From the IMG/VR virus record IMGVR_UViG_3300020421_000007, positions 19,090 through 83,089 of that record: a stretch of 64,000 bases of DNA; one strand, given 5' to 3'. Positions 1-11,600 of the stretch are shown in pieces; the first letter of the stretch is position 1; each line of letters begins with the position of its first letter. The stretch comes from a virus. The position numbers were made by a program, and so were the translations under genes. Below the pieces are notes generated by a model. It had not been told where the DNA came from. It worked only from the letters and a program-made list of their open reading frames with translations, and did not search any database.

Positions 1-282
1 GTTCTTAAGTACATCCAGACTAATGATGCTCACACTGATCAAGGTGTTGTAAGAGCATTTGAAAGCAATGGATCAAACGCAATTAGTGGTGTTGGTTCTG
101 CTGCTTCTGGTAATGTAGATACTACCTATTCTCAGTCTCTACTCGGTTCAACTTTCTCTTCTGGTCTTGCTACTCCAGAAATTGAAAACAACTCTGGTGA
201 TATCATCTATCAGGAAAATCGTCGTCTCATCACCCGTGCTCCTGACCAAATTGAAGATATCAAATTAGTTATCGAATTCTAA
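1..282 (+). CDS. g8: Baseplate wedge subunit gp8, C-terminal part (5' truncated by window)
   Basis: Frame 1 reads ...PEIENNSGDIIYQENRRLITRAPDQIEDIKLVIEF*, the typical T4-like gp8 C-terminus. Not in the ORF track. Confidence 0.85.
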   Translation, partial: VLKYIQTNDAHTDQGVVRAFESNGSNAISGVGSAASGNVDTTYSQSLLGSTFSSGLATPEIENNSGDIIYQENRRLITRAPDQIEDIKLVIEF

Positions 283-301
283 TAAAAATAGATTAATTAA
301 G

Positions 302-329
302 TCCCCCGAGAGATCGGGGGATTTTTTTT
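302..329 (+). terminator. Rho-independent terminator
   Basis: TCCCCCGA-GAGA-TCGGGGGA stem-loop followed by a T tract. Confidence 0.9.
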
Positions 330-334
330 ATCTC

Positions 335-342
335 TATAAATA
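335..342 (+). promoter_or_regulatory. T4-type late (gp55) promoter
   Basis: Exact TATAAATA just upstream of the ATG at 379. Confidence 0.85.
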
Positions 343-378
343 CTAAGGACAAAGAATGCTAGTATTTGGCGGAAAACG

Positions 379-3300
379 ATGCCACAAAAGACTAACTTAA
401 ATGTAAATCCTTACTACGAGGACTTTGACGCGAATAAGAATTTTTATAAGATTCTATTCCGTCCTGGGTACTCTATTCAAGGTAGAGAACTAACACAGAT
501 CCAATCGATTCTACAGAATCAAGTTGAATCTTTTGGTAAGTATGCTTTCAAACAGGGAGACTTAGTTGTTCCTGGGGAAGTGGGTCTTAACACAAAGTTA
601 GATTACGTTAAGTTATCCTCAGTATCTGAAGTTGCTGTTTCAGAGGGAGATGATATCGTATATAAAAAGTATGATATCAGTCAATTAATTGGTCTAGAAA
701 TCAGAGGTTTAAGTTCTGGTGTTGTTGCTACTGTTTTAGAAACAAAACTAGCGACAGAATCTACTGCCGATACGGTATACGTAAACTACCTTAGCAGTGG
801 TGATTCTAACTTAGATACAACTTTCCGTCAAGGTGAGACACTAGAAGTAGTTGATGGTGTCAACACTCCACTTTTAGTTGTTGGAACTGACGGTAGTGTT
901 CTTCCAACTAGTATCGAAGTTAAAAATCCAGATACAGGAGAAGTTACGTCTCTAGAAAGTCCTGCCATGGGATATGCTTCTGCTGTAAAAGTGGAAGAAG
1001 GTATTTACTTTGTTAATGGATACTTTGTTCGTAACGATAAACAACTATTAGTAATTGATGATTACTATGATAATCCATCAGCAAAAGTTGGATTTACTAT
1101 TAAAGAAGACATTGTAACTCCAGAAGAGGATGCTTCTTTATATGATAACTCAATTGGATCTTCAAACTATTCTGCTCCTGGAGCACATAGACTAAAAATT
1201 AGTTTAACTATTAAAAAATTTGAATTGTCAGAAACAACTGACAAAAATTTCATTCAACTTATCACAGTATATAAAGGTGCTGTTCAAAAGAAAGTATCTC
1301 CTACAAACTATAGTCTAATTGAGCAGACTCTTGCTAGAAGAACTTTTGATGAGAGTGGAGATTATATTGTAAATGATTTTTCTGTAGATATTAGAGAATA
1401 TGCACAGAAAGATAAAAATGGTGGATTCTATAAAGTTGACGAATTCGGATCATTTAATGGTTTAACAGAGTCTGAAGCAAGTAGAAAAATGCTTGCTGGT
1501 ATTGGACCAGGTAAAGCATATATCAGAGGATATGAGATTGTCAACAAAGAGACAAAGTATCTAGAAATTAACAAAGCGAGAGAGTCGCTTTCAAGCGATA
1601 ATGTTACTCTAAAAACAAAAGGTCTTCCAACTTTTAATATTACTAACACATATGGTAGTGTTCCTTTGAATAAGGAAGGTGGAGATTTAACCGCTTATCC
1701 ATATGTTAACTTATTCGCAACTTATAATGATGGTTCTATAGGTCTTAGTGGCACAGAGTTATCAACTGACCACAGACAAACTTTAGATAAAAGAGGAACT
1801 ACATTAACTAGTAATGATGGTATTAAAACCATTACAATCGATGTAACAAATACCACTACAACTTTAGCGTCAATTTCAGACGGTAATTTTTCAAATTTAT
1901 CAGAACTTTATTTTATCAAAACTAGAGATGATGCTGGTAATGCTCTCACAACAGGCAAACTCAAGTCTCTATCTTATGCTAAAGTAAACAAACCTCTGCT
2001 AAACGCCAATGATCAGGTTCTATTTTTAGAACTTACAGTTGTTGGAGATAAAGATGATATTGATCTACTTCTCCTTGAGTATGATCCAGGAGACACCAAC
2101 TATCAAAGAAATATTTTCTTATCTGAAGCAGATGCTGCTACAGATTCAAATGAGTTGGGATTTATTATTGATTATAGTGAAACTATTACTCCATTAATTG
2201 GTAGAGCAAAACCAAGTAATTTTTTCCTAAAGCAAAGAGGTCTTGGTTTTAATTCTGATTCTGATATTGTTATATCTAAAGGTAGACTAGCAGGTGGTGG
2301 AGACACATATAATGCTATTTTTGGATTGTCATATTTTGATCCACAATTTTTCACCAAATTACTTCTAGAAGTAACTCCTACCAATAATAGTTTCGGTATT
2401 GGTAAGTATGTTACTGGTTTAACTAGTGGTGCTTATGGTGTTGTTGAAGGTGCGCCTTCTGGTGTATATTCCATTGGAAAAATTTTATTTGTAAAAACCC
2501 TATCAGGAAAATTTGTTTCTGGAGAGTCTATCAGAGACGAAGATGGCGTAACAAATAGAATTGCTAAAGATAATACTATTTCACATTTTATTGTAGCAAA
2601 TAGAGGACTTGGATATGCTGATAATTCGACTCTCGTAATTAATGGTGTTGAATATGATGCTGCAGCAGCAGAAGCTATTCGTTTAACAAATGGTTCTTTC
2701 TATGCTGTACAAATTAACAACAAATCTGCGCTTTCTACAGAGTATGCACAACCACCATCAGTAAGTATTAAACAACCAGATGGTGCCGCTAACCCAAGTA
2801 TTACTGCTGTTATTTTACCAGTATTGGTTAGGAATGCTGTAACTACATACAACCCCCAGAATGTAAAATCTTTATCTGCTCAGTATGGTTCTGGAAATGC
2901 TAATATCTTTACTGCTGATTTGGTAACAGATGATCAAGCATTTGCAGAAATTAAATCTGTAACTAGTTTTACTTTCTTTGGATCCAAGGGATATAATTTC
3001 ATTGAATCTACTAGTTTTAGTGCTGACGCAAGTCTTCTATTACAACAGGGTGATGTCATTCAATTCTCAGATGAAGACAACACACTTGTTCGTGCTGTTG
3101 TACAACTTGCTACTGTCAGACAAGGATCTTCTAAGTCACGAGTATATCTAGATACTGTTCTTCCTGGAAACGTTACTAATACTAGTATTGTTAGATTGCG
3201 TCCTAGAGTTGATAATTCTAGTCAAGGAACTCTTCTGTTCCCCACGGGAAGTAGTCAGATTAAAAAAGTAGCTGATACACCAGAAGAAACTAAAATTAAG

Positions 3301-6300
3301 TATTTCTTCCGTAGAGATTTTGTAACTACAGCATCCACATCAGGTGGTACAATTACATTTGCTGCTCAGTTACCATTTGGAACACAAAGATTTTCCACAT
3401 TTAATGAAGAAAATTATATCATTACAGTTTTAGATCCTGGCGATGCTTCCAACATTACTAAAGGTGATATTATTTACATTGATAAAGATAACGTAGTAAT
3501 TTCATCGTCAACTGATACTGCCAGTGGATTGACTTCTGGCAGTATTAGTTTGAACTTACCATCAACATACTTTGGTATTATTCCAACAAACGGAACGTTC
3601 CCCAAACTAAAACTATCAGCAACACTAGAAGTTCTAAATGCTAAACCTAGATTAAAAACATCTATTGAAAATAAAAGGATTGTTGTTACTTCGTCTGGAG
3701 ATCGTGTAATTCCATTTAGAGGAACAGATTATGATAGCGATGTAGTAGAAACTATTTCATATTCTGATGCGTATAGACTAAGATACGTATATGAAGGAAG
3801 TGCTACTCAACCACCATCTGTAGATACTTCAGGTAATTTAATTTCTGGTATAGATGTAACTGATAGATTTACATTTGATAATGGACAAAGAGATACTGTA
3901 TATGACGTTTCTAGGATTGTATTGAAACCAGGAAAAGAACAAACCTCTGGACAACTTGTAATTGCTTTTGATTACTTTGAACAATCTCAAGGAGATTTCT
4001 GTACCATCGATAGTTACATACATGAAGCTGGAGTAACAGAAGACTTAATTCCATCATTTAACTCTGCTGTACATGGCATTCTAAATCTAAAAAATGTATT
4101 AGACTTTAGACCTAAAGTAGATTCTGCTACTACAATTTCTGGATTCCAAAACGAATCTTCATTAGCAAATAGTATTGGTAGTTTTGCTGGTGCTGGATCA
4201 GTTATTGCTGCTACTCCAGCGCCAGATACCAATCTAGAGTATACACTGTCATTTAGTCAAGTACAATATCTTGATAGAATAGATGGCGTTTTCTTAAATA
4301 AAAATGGAAACTTTATTGTTAAAGAAGGAAACTCTTCACTAAATCCAACAAAACCAGATCCAATTGATGATGCTATTCCTCTATTCTATGCTTACATTCC
4401 TGCTTATACACAAACAAGTAAAGATGTAAGAATTACCTCTGTTGACAATCGTCGTTATACGATGCGTGATATTGGTAAGTTAGAAAAACGCATTGAAAGA
4501 CTTGAATATTATACCACTCTTAGTATTCTAGAGCAACAAGCTCTTAATATGCAAGTTAAAGATGAAATTGGTCTTGATAGATTTAAGTCTGGTTTCTTAG
4601 TTGATAACTTTGAAGCACATAGATCTGGAAGTCTCGTATCTTTAGATTATCAGTGTGCTATCGATTCCCAACAATCTGTAATGCGTCCACAGTCTAAAGA
4701 AGATTCACTTTTCCTCAAAGAGGTTAATAAAAGAGAAGATCAGAGATTTGTTTCTGGATACAAAAAATCTGGTGATATTGTCACCCTTCCATACACCAGT
4801 TTAAATCTTTTAGGAAATAATTTTGCTTCTAAAACACTAAATCCAAATCCATTTGTAGTTCTTCAGTATGTTGGCGATGCTGCGTTATCACCAAGTATTG
4901 ATCAATGGTATGATCAATCCACGGAACCATTAGTTGTAGATACCAATACTGATCTCTACAAGATCTTTATTGCTAAGCAAGATGTTAGAGAAAGTTTCTC
5001 AAGTTTATTCAATTCATTTATTACTAATTGGGTTGGTTCGTCTCCATCATTTACATCTATTAATTCACTAGGACAAGTAAATTCTTTAGATGTTCAATCT
5101 TCAGTAAGCAATGCTTCTACTGCATCTTCATCTAATATTAGTCCACAAAATAATGATGTTGCTAAAGGTGTTCAATCTTCTACAATAAGAGGCAACGTAG
5201 TATCCAATGGTGTACAATTCTTCGCTAGAAGTCAACCAGTCAAATTTGTAGTTAGAAGGTTAAAACCAAATACTAGAATTTCTGTTTTCTTAGAAGGAAG
5301 AGATATTAGTCGTTGGGTTAATCCAGATCTTAGATTTACTGGAATTGCTGGAAATTCTTTGTCGGCATTTAATGGAACTGTTACCACAGATGATGACGGC
5401 AATGCTAGTGGTCTTATTCTCCTACCAGCAGGATTTGCTCCTAGACAAAATGCTACTTGGGGTGGAGATGTAGATACTGTTGATTATGACACAGATTCAG
5501 AAGAAGTAAGAGTAACTACAGGAATAAAAACCTTTAGATTTACATCTAGTTCTAATGATGCTGACAAACTAACAGTAGATACTTATGCTGAAGTCAAGTA
5601 TTATGCTGTTGGTATTTTACCAGAAAATCCAGTAAGTATTATTTCCACAAAACCATCATTCTTTAAAGCAAATGAGGGTGTACAGTTTGTGGATAGTAAT
5701 ACTGATAACCCAGTAAGACCAAATCCACTTGCTCAAACATTTAAAATTGAAAATTATGATGGTGGAGTATTTACTACTGGTATTGATCTATACTTCAGTT
5801 CTAAGAGTAGTAAAGTTCCCGTCAAAATTTACTTAACTAATGTTGAATCAGATAAACCTGGTAAGAATATTATTCCTGGAACAGAGAAAGTTATATCACC
5901 ACTATCATACATTAAGTTCTTTACTAACGCAAACGTATATGTTACTAGGGGAGAAAAAGTAACTGGAACAACATCTGCTGCTAGTGGTCCCATTGAGAAA
6001 ATCATCGACAAAAATGGTGTTGATTTAGTTCCATCTTCATCTGGAAGATTCTTATTAACAAACGAGCAGGTTTACACTATGGTTCTTAGTAACCATAATG
6101 GTCGTTCTTTCAATCAAAATGAAACATTATCAATTCCATCAGTAACTCTCAGAAATAATACTGAAGGAGAATCTGGTATTGTAACTATTGCTAAAGATAG
6201 TGGTAAAGTTTCAGAAATTAGAATTACTAATCCTGGACAAAATTATAATAATGCTATTTTAACTATAGAAAGTCCACAACTTCCTGGTGGTTCTGTTGCT

Positions 6301-8493
6301 ACCGCTAGCGTAGAAGTTTCGGATGGTAAGATTTATAATACTGAAATTAGTCTAAATGGATTTGGATACACAGAACCACCTTCTGTGGTCATCAAAGGCA
6401 TCGGTAACGGTGCTGGAGGATGTGTAATTGAGACAGAGATAGAGATTGATAGTCCAGCAGTTAGAATGGGTGTAGCGGTCGATCAGGAGGGTCTTACAGA
6501 TTCTACTGTTCCTACTCACTTTGAATTCGATCATCCTGTATATTTACAGAATGACACCGAATATGCTATGGCAATTGAGACAGATTCCACAGATTATGAA
6601 CTGTGGGTATCAAGACTTGGAGAAGTTGACGTTGCAACAAGCACCGTAATTACAACACAACCATCACTAGGATCTGTTTATAGATCGCAAAATGTAGACA
6701 ACTGGACCGAAGATATTTTTGAAGATGTCAAGTTCTCTTTATACAGAGCAGAATTTGATATCAGTAAGACTGCTGAACTTTTATTGACTAATGAGTCTCT
6801 TGGATACGAACTTCTTCCCAAGAACCCATTTACCACTAATGCTACCGCAAATACTAATGCAACATCTAGACTGTTCAGAAATAATAATAATATTGTTCAA
6901 GTATCTCATAGAGATAATGGATTTGAAACTTCTGGTCTATCATATGTTTTCTATAAAGGAGCATTAGAAACAGGTGGTGTTACGGCAGATGTCCTCAACA
7001 ACACTCTTTTCCAAATTACGAATAGTGGCATTGATACTTACAATATTACGTCATCTATCGCTGCTTCTGGAAATGTTGACGGTGGTGGTGAAAAAATCTA
7101 TGCTACCTACAATAGGAAGTATGAAACTTTATATCCACAGATTCAATATTTGTCCTTCACTGGCACTAAATTAGAGTCAATGGTCAAAACAACTAATGTT
7201 GTTCCTGTAGATTCCACCACGATAAACTATACTTCATATTCACAAAGTGACTATGAAAAAACTTTCTTGAATGAACCACATTTCTTTACCAATCAAAAAT
7301 TTATTGCTTCTGATATTAATGAAACTCTAAACAATGTTACATCATTAACTTATAAGTTATCACTGTCGTCTACGGTTTCATATTTGTCTCCTGTAATTGA
7401 TCTTTCCACAGCAAGTGTTAAAACTGTTTCTAATAGAATTGAATCTGCTTCTGGTCAAGAGAACAGATATGGAAGAAGAGATCAAATTATTAAGTTCTTC
7501 CCAATCTATAAGTTTAACATTGGAAATACTAGTGGAACACAAATTCAAGACAATCAAGCAATTGAAGGGTATACTTCAAAAGCAGTTGGTACTATCGCTA
7601 AAGTAGAAGGTTCGACAGTATTTGTTAGGTTAAAAACTACTCAATTCTTTAAGAGAGGAGAAAGACTTACATTAGGAAATCAACCAACATTAGTTGAAAC
7701 AGAAAATGGAGTAATTGTACCAGCTGCTAAAGTTGACACAAACCCAATTGAAACTTTAATTGATATTCCAGATGCTGCAACTATGACTGCTAGAAATCCA
7801 TCAACGATTTTAGAATCTTATGATAATATTATTACTGGAAGCGCAGTAATTTGGGATGATAAAACTCAACAACTAGAGGTTAGAAATGATACTCAACCAA
7901 TTCTAGATGATTTTACTAGTAGGATTATTGACAATTTCGTATTCAATAGAAACTCAGTTGTCAACGATCAACTTGCTGATATCTTTAGAGTAGGAGATAT
8001 CCTTAAGTATCCAAATCAACCAGATGATGAAGCAAGTTTCTTAGAAATTAAATCAATTGATTACGCAAATGGAATTACATATGTTTCTGATAACACATCC
8101 AAAAATAGTTCTTCTGTAGCAAAATACGTTACTAAAGAAGTTGCTATTAGCAATCCAGGAACATCAATTAATCTTCAGTTGACTGTAAATGCAAAAGACA
8201 TTAATGATGTCCAAGTTCTTTACAAATTTAAGAGATCTTCCAGTCAAGAAAATTTTGATGATATCAACTGGATTTACTTTAATGAAAATGGTCAACCAGA
8301 TTCATTAGAGATTGCTACTCCAGAAAATACCATTTCTTCTGTACTAGAAAAACAATCCTCTTATCAAGATATCAGATATAGTGTATCTGATTTACCTGAG
8401 TTTTCATCTTTTGCTATTAAGATTGTCATGAAGGGAGTTGATCCTGCATTTGTTCCTAAGGTTCAAGATATTCGTGCTGTTGCTTCTTTCTGA
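379..8493 (+). CDS. Giant virion structural protein, DUF4815/VrlC-like
   Basis: N-terminus NLNVNPYYEDFD...YKILFRPG...QGRELTQIQSILQNQ and internal RRYTMRDIGKLEKRIERLEYYT match the conserved cyanomyovirus protein that follows gp8. Confidence 0.8.
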   Translation: MPQKTNLNVNPYYEDFDANKNFYKILFRPGYSIQGRELTQIQSILQNQVESFGKYAFKQGDLVVPGEVGLNTKLDYVKLSSVSEVAVSEGDDIVYKKYDISQLIGLEIRGLSSGVVATVLETKLATESTADTVYVNYLSSGDSNLDTTFRQGETLEVVDGVNTPLLVVGTDGSVLPTSIEVKNPDTGEVTSLESPAMGYASAVKVEEGIYFVNGYFVRNDKQLLVIDDYYDNPSAKVGFTIKEDIVTPEEDASLYDNSIGSSNYSAPGAHRLKISLTIKKFELSETTDKNFIQLITVYKGAVQKKVSPTNYSLIEQTLARRTFDESGDYIVNDFSVDIREYAQKDKNGGFYKVDEFGSFNGLTESEASRKMLAGIGPGKAYIRGYEIVNKETKYLEINKARESLSSDNVTLKTKGLPTFNITNTYGSVPLNKEGGDLTAYPYVNLFATYNDGSIGLSGTELSTDHRQTLDKRGTTLTSNDGIKTITIDVTNTTTTLASISDGNFSNLSELYFIKTRDDAGNALTTGKLKSLSYAKVNKPLLNANDQVLFLELTVVGDKDDIDLLLLEYDPGDTNYQRNIFLSEADAATDSNELGFIIDYSETITPLIGRAKPSNFFLKQRGLGFNSDSDIVISKGRLAGGGDTYNAIFGLSYFDPQFFTKLLLEVTPTNNSFGIGKYVTGLTSGAYGVVEGAPSGVYSIGKILFVKTLSGKFVSGESIRDEDGVTNRIAKDNTISHFIVANRGLGYADNSTLVINGVEYDAAAAEAIRLTNGSFYAVQINNKSALSTEYAQPPSVSIKQPDGAANPSITAVILPVLVRNAVTTYNPQNVKSLSAQYGSGNANIFTADLVTDDQAFAEIKSVTSFTFFGSKGYNFIESTSFSADASLLLQQGDVIQFSDEDNTLVRAVVQLATVRQGSSKSRVYLDTVLPGNVTNTSIVRLRPRVDNSSQGTLLFPTGSSQIKKVADTPEETKIKYFFRRDFVTTASTSGGTITFAAQLPFGTQRFSTFNEENYIITVLDPGDASNITKGDIIYIDKDNVVISSSTDTASGLTSGSISLNLPSTYFGIIPTNGTFPKLKLSATLEVLNAKPRLKTSIENKRIVVTSSGDRVIPFRGTDYDSDVVETISYSDAYRLRYVYEGSATQPPSVDTSGNLISGIDVTDRFTFDNGQRDTVYDVSRIVLKPGKEQTSGQLVIAFDYFEQSQGDFCTIDSYIHEAGVTEDLIPSFNSAVHGILNLKNVLDFRPKVDSATTISGFQNESSLANSIGSFAGAGSVIAATPAPDTNLEYTLSFSQVQYLDRIDGVFLNKNGNFIVKEGNSSLNPTKPDPIDDAIPLFYAYIPAYTQTSKDVRITSVDNRRYTMRDIGKLEKRIERLEYYTTLSILEQQALNMQVKDEIGLDRFKSGFLVDNFEAHRSGSLVSLDYQCAIDSQQSVMRPQSKEDSLFLKEVNKREDQRFVSGYKKSGDIVTLPYTSLNLLGNNFASKTLNPNPFVVLQYVGDAALSPSIDQWYDQSTEPLVVDTNTDLYKIFIAKQDVRESFSSLFNSFITNWVGSSPSFTSINSLGQVNSLDVQSSVSNASTASSSNISPQNNDVAKGVQSSTIRGNVVSNGVQFFARSQPVKFVVRRLKPNTRISVFLEGRDISRWVNPDLRFTGIAGNSLSAFNGTVTTDDDGNASGLILLPAGFAPRQNATWGGDVDTVDYDTDSEEVRVTTGIKTFRFTSSSNDADKLTVDTYAEVKYYAVGILPENPVSIISTKPSFFKANEGVQFVDSNTDNPVRPNPLAQTFKIENYDGGVFTTGIDLYFSSKSSKVPVKIYLTNVESDKPGKNIIPGTEKVISPLSYIKFFTNANVYVTRGEKVTGTTSAASGPIEKIIDKNGVDLVPSSSGRFLLTNEQVYTMVLSNHNGRSFNQNETLSIPSVTLRNNTEGESGIVTIAKDSGKVSEIRITNPGQNYNNAILTIESPQLPGGSVATASVEVSDGKIYNTEISLNGFGYTEPPSVVIKGIGNGAGGCVIETEIEIDSPAVRMGVAVDQEGLTDSTVPTHFEFDHPVYLQNDTEYAMAIETDSTDYELWVSRLGEVDVATSTVITTQPSLGSVYRSQNVDNWTEDIFEDVKFSLYRAEFDISKTAELLLTNESLGYELLPKNPFTTNATANTNATSRLFRNNNNIVQVSHRDNGFETSGLSYVFYKGALETGGVTADVLNNTLFQITNSGIDTYNITSSIAASGNVDGGGEKIYATYNRKYETLYPQIQYLSFTGTKLESMVKTTNVVPVDSTTINYTSYSQSDYEKTFLNEPHFFTNQKFIASDINETLNNVTSLTYKLSLSSTVSYLSPVIDLSTASVKTVSNRIESASGQENRYGRRDQIIKFFPIYKFNIGNTSGTQIQDNQAIEGYTSKAVGTIAKVEGSTVFVRLKTTQFFKRGERLTLGNQPTLVETENGVIVPAAKVDTNPIETLIDIPDAATMTARNPSTILESYDNIITGSAVIWDDKTQQLEVRNDTQPILDDFTSRIIDNFVFNRNSVVNDQLADIFRVGDILKYPNQPDDEASFLEIKSIDYANGITYVSDNTSKNSSSVAKYVTKEVAISNPGTSINLQLTVNAKDINDVQVLYKFKRSSSQENFDDINWIYFNENGQPDSLEIATPENTISSVLEKQSSYQDIRYSVSDLPEFSSFAIKIVMKGVDPAFVPKVQDIRAVASF

Positions 8494-8699
8494 TGAGTTT
8501 TATAAAAGTAAAAGGTCATGATGGTCTTGTAAGAGACTCTGGCACGGGAGCTATCATTAACAATGATGCTTCCGCGTTAGAAGCACGAAGAAAATCTAAA
8601 AATCTTAGTGCTGCCATAGAAGACATAAATAACTTGAAGGAAGAAATATCTGAAATTAAACAGCTCCTTAAAGAGATAGTACGAAATGGCAGTTCTTAG
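8493..8699 (+). CDS. Small conserved phage protein with C-terminal coiled coil
   Basis: 68 aa (KVKGHDGLVRD...INNLKEEISEIKQLL); start overlaps the upstream stop. Confidence 0.75.
   Translation: MSFIKVKGHDGLVRDSGTGAIINNDASALEARRKSKNLSAAIEDINNLKEEISEIKQLLKEIVRNGSS
8624..8631 (+). promoter_or_regulatory. Late promoter variant
   Basis: CATAAATA about 55 nt before the ATG at 8686. Confidence 0.5.
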
Positions 8700-11600
8700 A
8701 TTCGTTGCTAAAACAGACACCTTTGAAAGACAAAGGCAAGTTATCAACACGATAGGTCAAGATATATTTGATTTATCCGTTGCTACTGGGGAAGGTGCTT
8801 TCAGCCTTTCTGATGGTACTGTTGATCAACCATCTCTGTTTTTTACAAACGCAGCTGATGTAGGTATATACAGAACGGGAGTTGGAAAACAACTGTTTAT
8901 TGGAGCAGAAGGAAACTCGATTGCTTCTTTTGAAAAGGATTCTCTTACATTATTACAAAAAATTCAAAATTTATCAACTCCAATTAATACAGTCACAATT
9001 GGTAGTGGTGGTTCTGGATATAATGTTGGAGCATATCCGAAAGCAAGAATTACTGGTGGTAACGGAGCTGGAGCACAAGCATCAGTAATCGTTAGCATGG
9101 AAGGAACATTCCAATCTGGCGGTGGATATGAGGGAGGAACATATACTCAAGTTCCTCTACAAGGTGGTAATGGTTCTGGAGCAGAAGCAACTCTAGAAAT
9201 CGCCACTATGGGTGGTAATATTACAGCAGCTGGATCTAATGGAACTGCCAACACATATAATAATGTTTCACTAACAAACGTATCTAGTAGTGGTTCTGGC
9301 GCGGTTGCTGCCGAAATTACAGTAGCTCAAATTGGTCCAGATGTTGGTGTTATTGGTGTTTTCTTTGAACAAGGATTTAATACTGGAGCATTTGGTAATG
9401 GATACAAAACAGGAGATGTATTAAGTGTTAATCCAGCAGATATTGGTGGTGTTACTGGATTTGAATTTACTCTAACTGGTGGTGGAGAAGTAACTAGTGT
9501 AGAAATTACTGATGGTGGCGATGGTAATTATCAAGCAGGAGATACATTATTCATTTTACCATCAGACGTACAAAGTAATGGTGGACCTCCTGTTAATAGT
9601 CCATCTGGATTCTCATTTAATGTTACTGGGGTAGGAATTATTACTGATGTTACCATCACTGATGGTGGTGATAACTATAAAGTTGGTGATTCTATTGATG
9701 TTCCATCCAGTGAATTAGTAAACACAGTTACATATCTTGTAAAAATTCTAGATTCACAATTAGTAGAATTTACAGGAACTTTACCATCAACAGGGTTTAA
9801 TGTTGGTGATACTTTAACATACAACGGTGTATCTAAAGAGATTGTAAAAAGATTTTTAAATGGAAGCAATCAAGTTGAAGCAGTAACTGTAAAAGATATT
9901 AATTTAAATTTTTCTGCTGGATTACAAGCAGATGATGGTAATGGAAATCAAGCAGAAGTTAGTGAACTGACAGCAGCATTAAACTATTATTTTAGTTTTG
10001 ATGGCGGTACAACATATACTAACATTCCAGATTTCACATTTCAAAAAAATGTAAGATATAATTTTGATCAAACTGATGCATCAAATATTGGTCACCCACT
10101 CAGATTCAGTGAAAACCGAGATGGATTTCATGGTAAAGTTCAACTAAACCCAACCATATATGGAGAGACTTATAATGGAATAGAAGTTGATTATTCATAC
10201 CTAACTAATGTTGTATCAATTGTTCCAAAATCAACAACTCCAACAACATTATATTATTTCTGTGGCGAAGGAACATCAGAGGGTGCTGCTCATAAAGATG
10301 AAGGTGGTTTTGATAATAGAGAAGGAACAATCACTGTTTCTGGAGAAGCAGCATTAGTTGGTTCTGGATTAAGTATTACAGTTTCTGATGTTACTCAGAC
10401 TAGCACATTTTCTGTATTAAAAGATGGCACAACTACATTAGGAAATACCACTGCAACTAGATTTGTAAATACGGGAACTACAGATTTACAAGGCAATATT
10501 ACAGCTGGTGGAACTTTTAACCTAGGTCCAGATTTATTTACTATTGCTGCTAATGGCGATACAGTAATTGAAGGAACTCTTACAGCAAATAGTGATCTGT
10601 TCTTTACATCAGATGCTACCTTTGGTGGGGTACTCTATGTTGACGCTACCAATAATAAAATTTCTATCAATAGAGATCCATCAGTAACTCCTTTAGTCGA
10701 AGATTTTGAAGTAGATGGATCAGTTTCAATTGATGGTAATGTAAAACTTGCTTCCGATTCAGGAGCATATGTCTCAATTGGTGGCGCGATTGGAACTCAA
10801 GCACTAGACGTTAGTGGAAGTGCTATCGTTTCTGGAAAATACATCGCACCAACAACTGGAGTAGTATCATCTCCTGTTTACACATTTGAGGGTTATGAAA
10901 GAATTGGATTATCTGCTAATTCTACAAACAAATCTATTTCTGTAACTGGACAATCTGGAGAACTAGTTAGATTTGAACCAATACAGTCTTCCTCGTTTAG
11001 AGACTTTGTAACTTATAAGAGAGAAATTACTGCTACAACAATTTCATCTCCTGGAGCAGAATATACACCAGGATCATACAGTGGTGTTGCTAGTTCTGGT
11101 GGTACTGGTGATGGATTAGATGCTGATATTACTATCGCGTTTTCAGTTCCAATAGGAAAAATTGCCACACTCGGAACTATTACCACATCTGTAGATCCAT
11201 TAAGGTTAGTAGGTACTTATAATAAAGTAACATATACAACGAATGGTTCTGGTATCGATGCTAAATTTAATGTTGTAATTGATGGTACAGGTGCTGTATC
11301 TAGTGTTTCTGTAGTAACTGGAGAACTTACAAATTTCACAAGTTCCGTTAATACTATTGCCGCAGATTCACTGACCTCATATTCTGGAGTTTCTGGAACT
11401 TCTTCTGGTTCAGGATCTGGAGCAACGTTTAATGTTTCTAGAAATATTTCTGGAGCAGCAACAGTTACATTGGTTAATAGTGGTCAAAATTATGTTGTCA
11501 ATGAAACAATTACTATTCTCGGATCTAGTATTGGTGGTATTGATGTTACTAATGATCTCACAATTACAATAACTGCGGTTAGTTCTGGGGGAGGTTTAGG